Of a stretch of DNA of 64,000 nt, positions 62,684 to 64,000 are shown one piece after another. A program made the position numbers and the translations under genes. Source of the stretch: an uncultured cyanobacterium. Its GTDB lineage: Bacteria; Cyanobacteriota; Cyanobacteriia; Pseudanabaenales; Pseudanabaenaceae. Location: positions 1,376,001 through 1,440,000 of the forward strand of contig OY969811.1 of NCBI GenBank assembly GCA_963703315.1. The letters run 5' to 3'. The notes under the pieces are model-generated. The model saw nothing but the letters and a program-made list of their open reading frames with translations, was not told where the DNA came from and made no database searches. Positions within the stretch are counted from its first letter, which is position 1, and each line of letters opens with the position of its first letter.

Positions 62684-64000
62684 TTATTTCTCTTGATAAT
62701 TTGGAAGACTATCGACTTTTGTAGCTTTTGCTTCTTTATTTTGATTCCAAAGCAACATTCCTAATACACCGTCTAGTAAACCACCGCCGCGATCGCCGCC
62801 GCCATTGACTGCCACATCGGGGACAACCCGTACATTGCGATCGCCGATGGTTTGCATTAATTGCAGCGCAACGTATGAGTTACCACCGAGGGCATCGACA
62901 CCAGCGCGATAGGCATCGGCTTTTGCTTCACCCGTAACCCGAATTGCCTCTGCTTCACCGCTTGCCTCTTTGACTTTGGCACTAGCTTGTAATTCGGCAA
63001 TCCGCACACCCTGTTCTGCCGTGACGACTTCTCTTTGGATATCGGCTAGAGAAGTTTCGCGAACTAGTTCTTGACGCTGAGTTTGGGAGATGCGTTGGAC
63101 TTCGTAGGTTTTACGTTGTTCCTCAGCAATTTTGCGATCGGTGAGGGTTTGCATTAAACTCTCAGGTGGATCGATTTGACCGAGCAAAGTATCGACTGCT
63201 TGGACATCATAGGAGTGCATGGCATTACGAATAAATTCGGCAGCTTCGGCTTGGCGATCGCTACGAGCGATCAAGAAATCTAGAACTGTATAAGCCTGTG
63301 CAGAGTTGCGGAAGTAATTACCAACAGTGGGACGGAGAACATGATCAACGAGATTTTGCATCGAACCCACTCGCGAAATGACTCTAGGGGCATCCAGCGA
63401 GCCTACATGAATGATTTGGGCTACTTCTAAATTGAAAGCAAATCCATCGATAGATCGTACATTTAAAGCTCTAAGTTTAGAATCGTAACCGTGAGTTTCC
63501 GTGCGATCGCTAAAGTTCAGCACAATATTTGTCGTGGGAACTAATTCCACTTTCATAATATGTGTATTTAATGGATGTTTGCCGGGATAAAGCGGCTCAA
63601 TCCATACGCCTTTATCGCCTACATTTACCAAATGCCCGTGCGTAAAGAGAGCGCCACTGACATCATCTTGTGCGCCACCAACAAAGGAGATTACCACGCC
63701 GACATAGCCAATGGGAATCTCGGTCATTTTCACCTGTTCAATTTGGGCAAACCAAGGATTAATATTCCATGAACCCGATAGAATGACCTGCTCCTGTAAA
63801 CCACGACGACCGCCGCCATTAATAAATAATTGAGCATTTTGGAAATTATCATGTTCAGGAATAATCGCTCCAGCGATCGCCCCTGATTCAATAGGAATTC
63901 CATCTAATGTAGTGACAATGCCTACTTTCTCTGTCGCCACTGAATAGAGTTTTAACTCCGCAGGTGACATCCCATTTTGAGCTGCATTTGCCGAAGTCAC
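62684..64000 (-). CDS. SPFH/band 7 (flotillin-like) protein, 5' part outside window
   Basis: GGGRRGLQEQVI, PLYPGKHPLN, VPTTNIVLN, YFRNSAQ, AE-rich coiled coil. Confidence 0.85.
   Translation of the reverse strand: MTSANAAQNGMSPAELKLYSVATEKVGIVTTLDGIPIESGAIAGAIIPEHDNFQNAQLFINGGGRRGLQEQVILSGSWNINPWFAQIEQVKMTEIPIGYVGVVISFVGGAQDDVSGALFTHGHLVNVGDKGVWIEPLYPGKHPLNTHIMKVELVPTTNIVLNFSDRTETHGYDSKLRALNVRSIDGFAFNLEVAQIIHVGSLDAPRVISRVGSMQNLVDHVLRPTVGNYFRNSAQAYTVLDFLIARSDRQAEAAEFIRNAMHSYDVQAVDTLLGQIDPPESLMQTLTDRKIAEEQRKTYEVQRISQTQRQELVRETSLADIQREVVTAEQGVRIAELQASAKVKEASGEAEAIRVTGEAKADAYRAGVDALGGNSYVALQLMQTIGDRNVRVVPDVAVNGGGDRGGGLLDGVLGMLLWNQNKEAKATKVDSLPNYQEK

Noticed and set aside
62561..62684. Trp attenuator upstream of trpB
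   Set aside because: No Trp-codon leader ORF recognised; the only hairpin (about 62647-62680) fits the terminator of the upstream SPFH gene.

Overview
Core-chromosome segment of a cyanobacterium, as shown by psbU, ndhD, ndhN, an hli gene, gvpK, Ycf46 and very dense HIP1 GCGATCGC octamers. A Pseudanabaena-like organism is my inference, not verified. The window holds about 50 CDS: gltB (partial), pyrB, tldD, metK, ftsY, rpsF, the rpmH-rnpA-PH-yidC-jag-yceD cluster, trxB, trpB, two class III cyclases and three hybrid kinases. It also has a 6S RNA, an initiator tRNA-Met and one IS1-family element with an atypical +1 junction. The ORF track misses gltB, hli and rpmH. The most striking unexplained signal is non-coding. 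Most intergenic gaps carry long, near-perfect palindromes with a shared GC-rich centre and C-(GNA/NAA)-G triloop but locus-specific arms, some overlapping the last codons of the neighbouring gene. At least five families of about 70-150 bp TA-bounded MITE-like elements stack, share TA dinucleotides and swap hairpin cores. Other candidates are a P-loop ATPase plus TPR-STAND-14xWD40 gene pair (NLR-like), a 10-codon uORF with a perfect SD and structured leader upstream of an SDR gene, an orphan antitoxin-like gene and a stand-alone GH19 lysozyme. No CRISPR array, prophage or rRNA was seen. All calls were made by eye, with no database searches.
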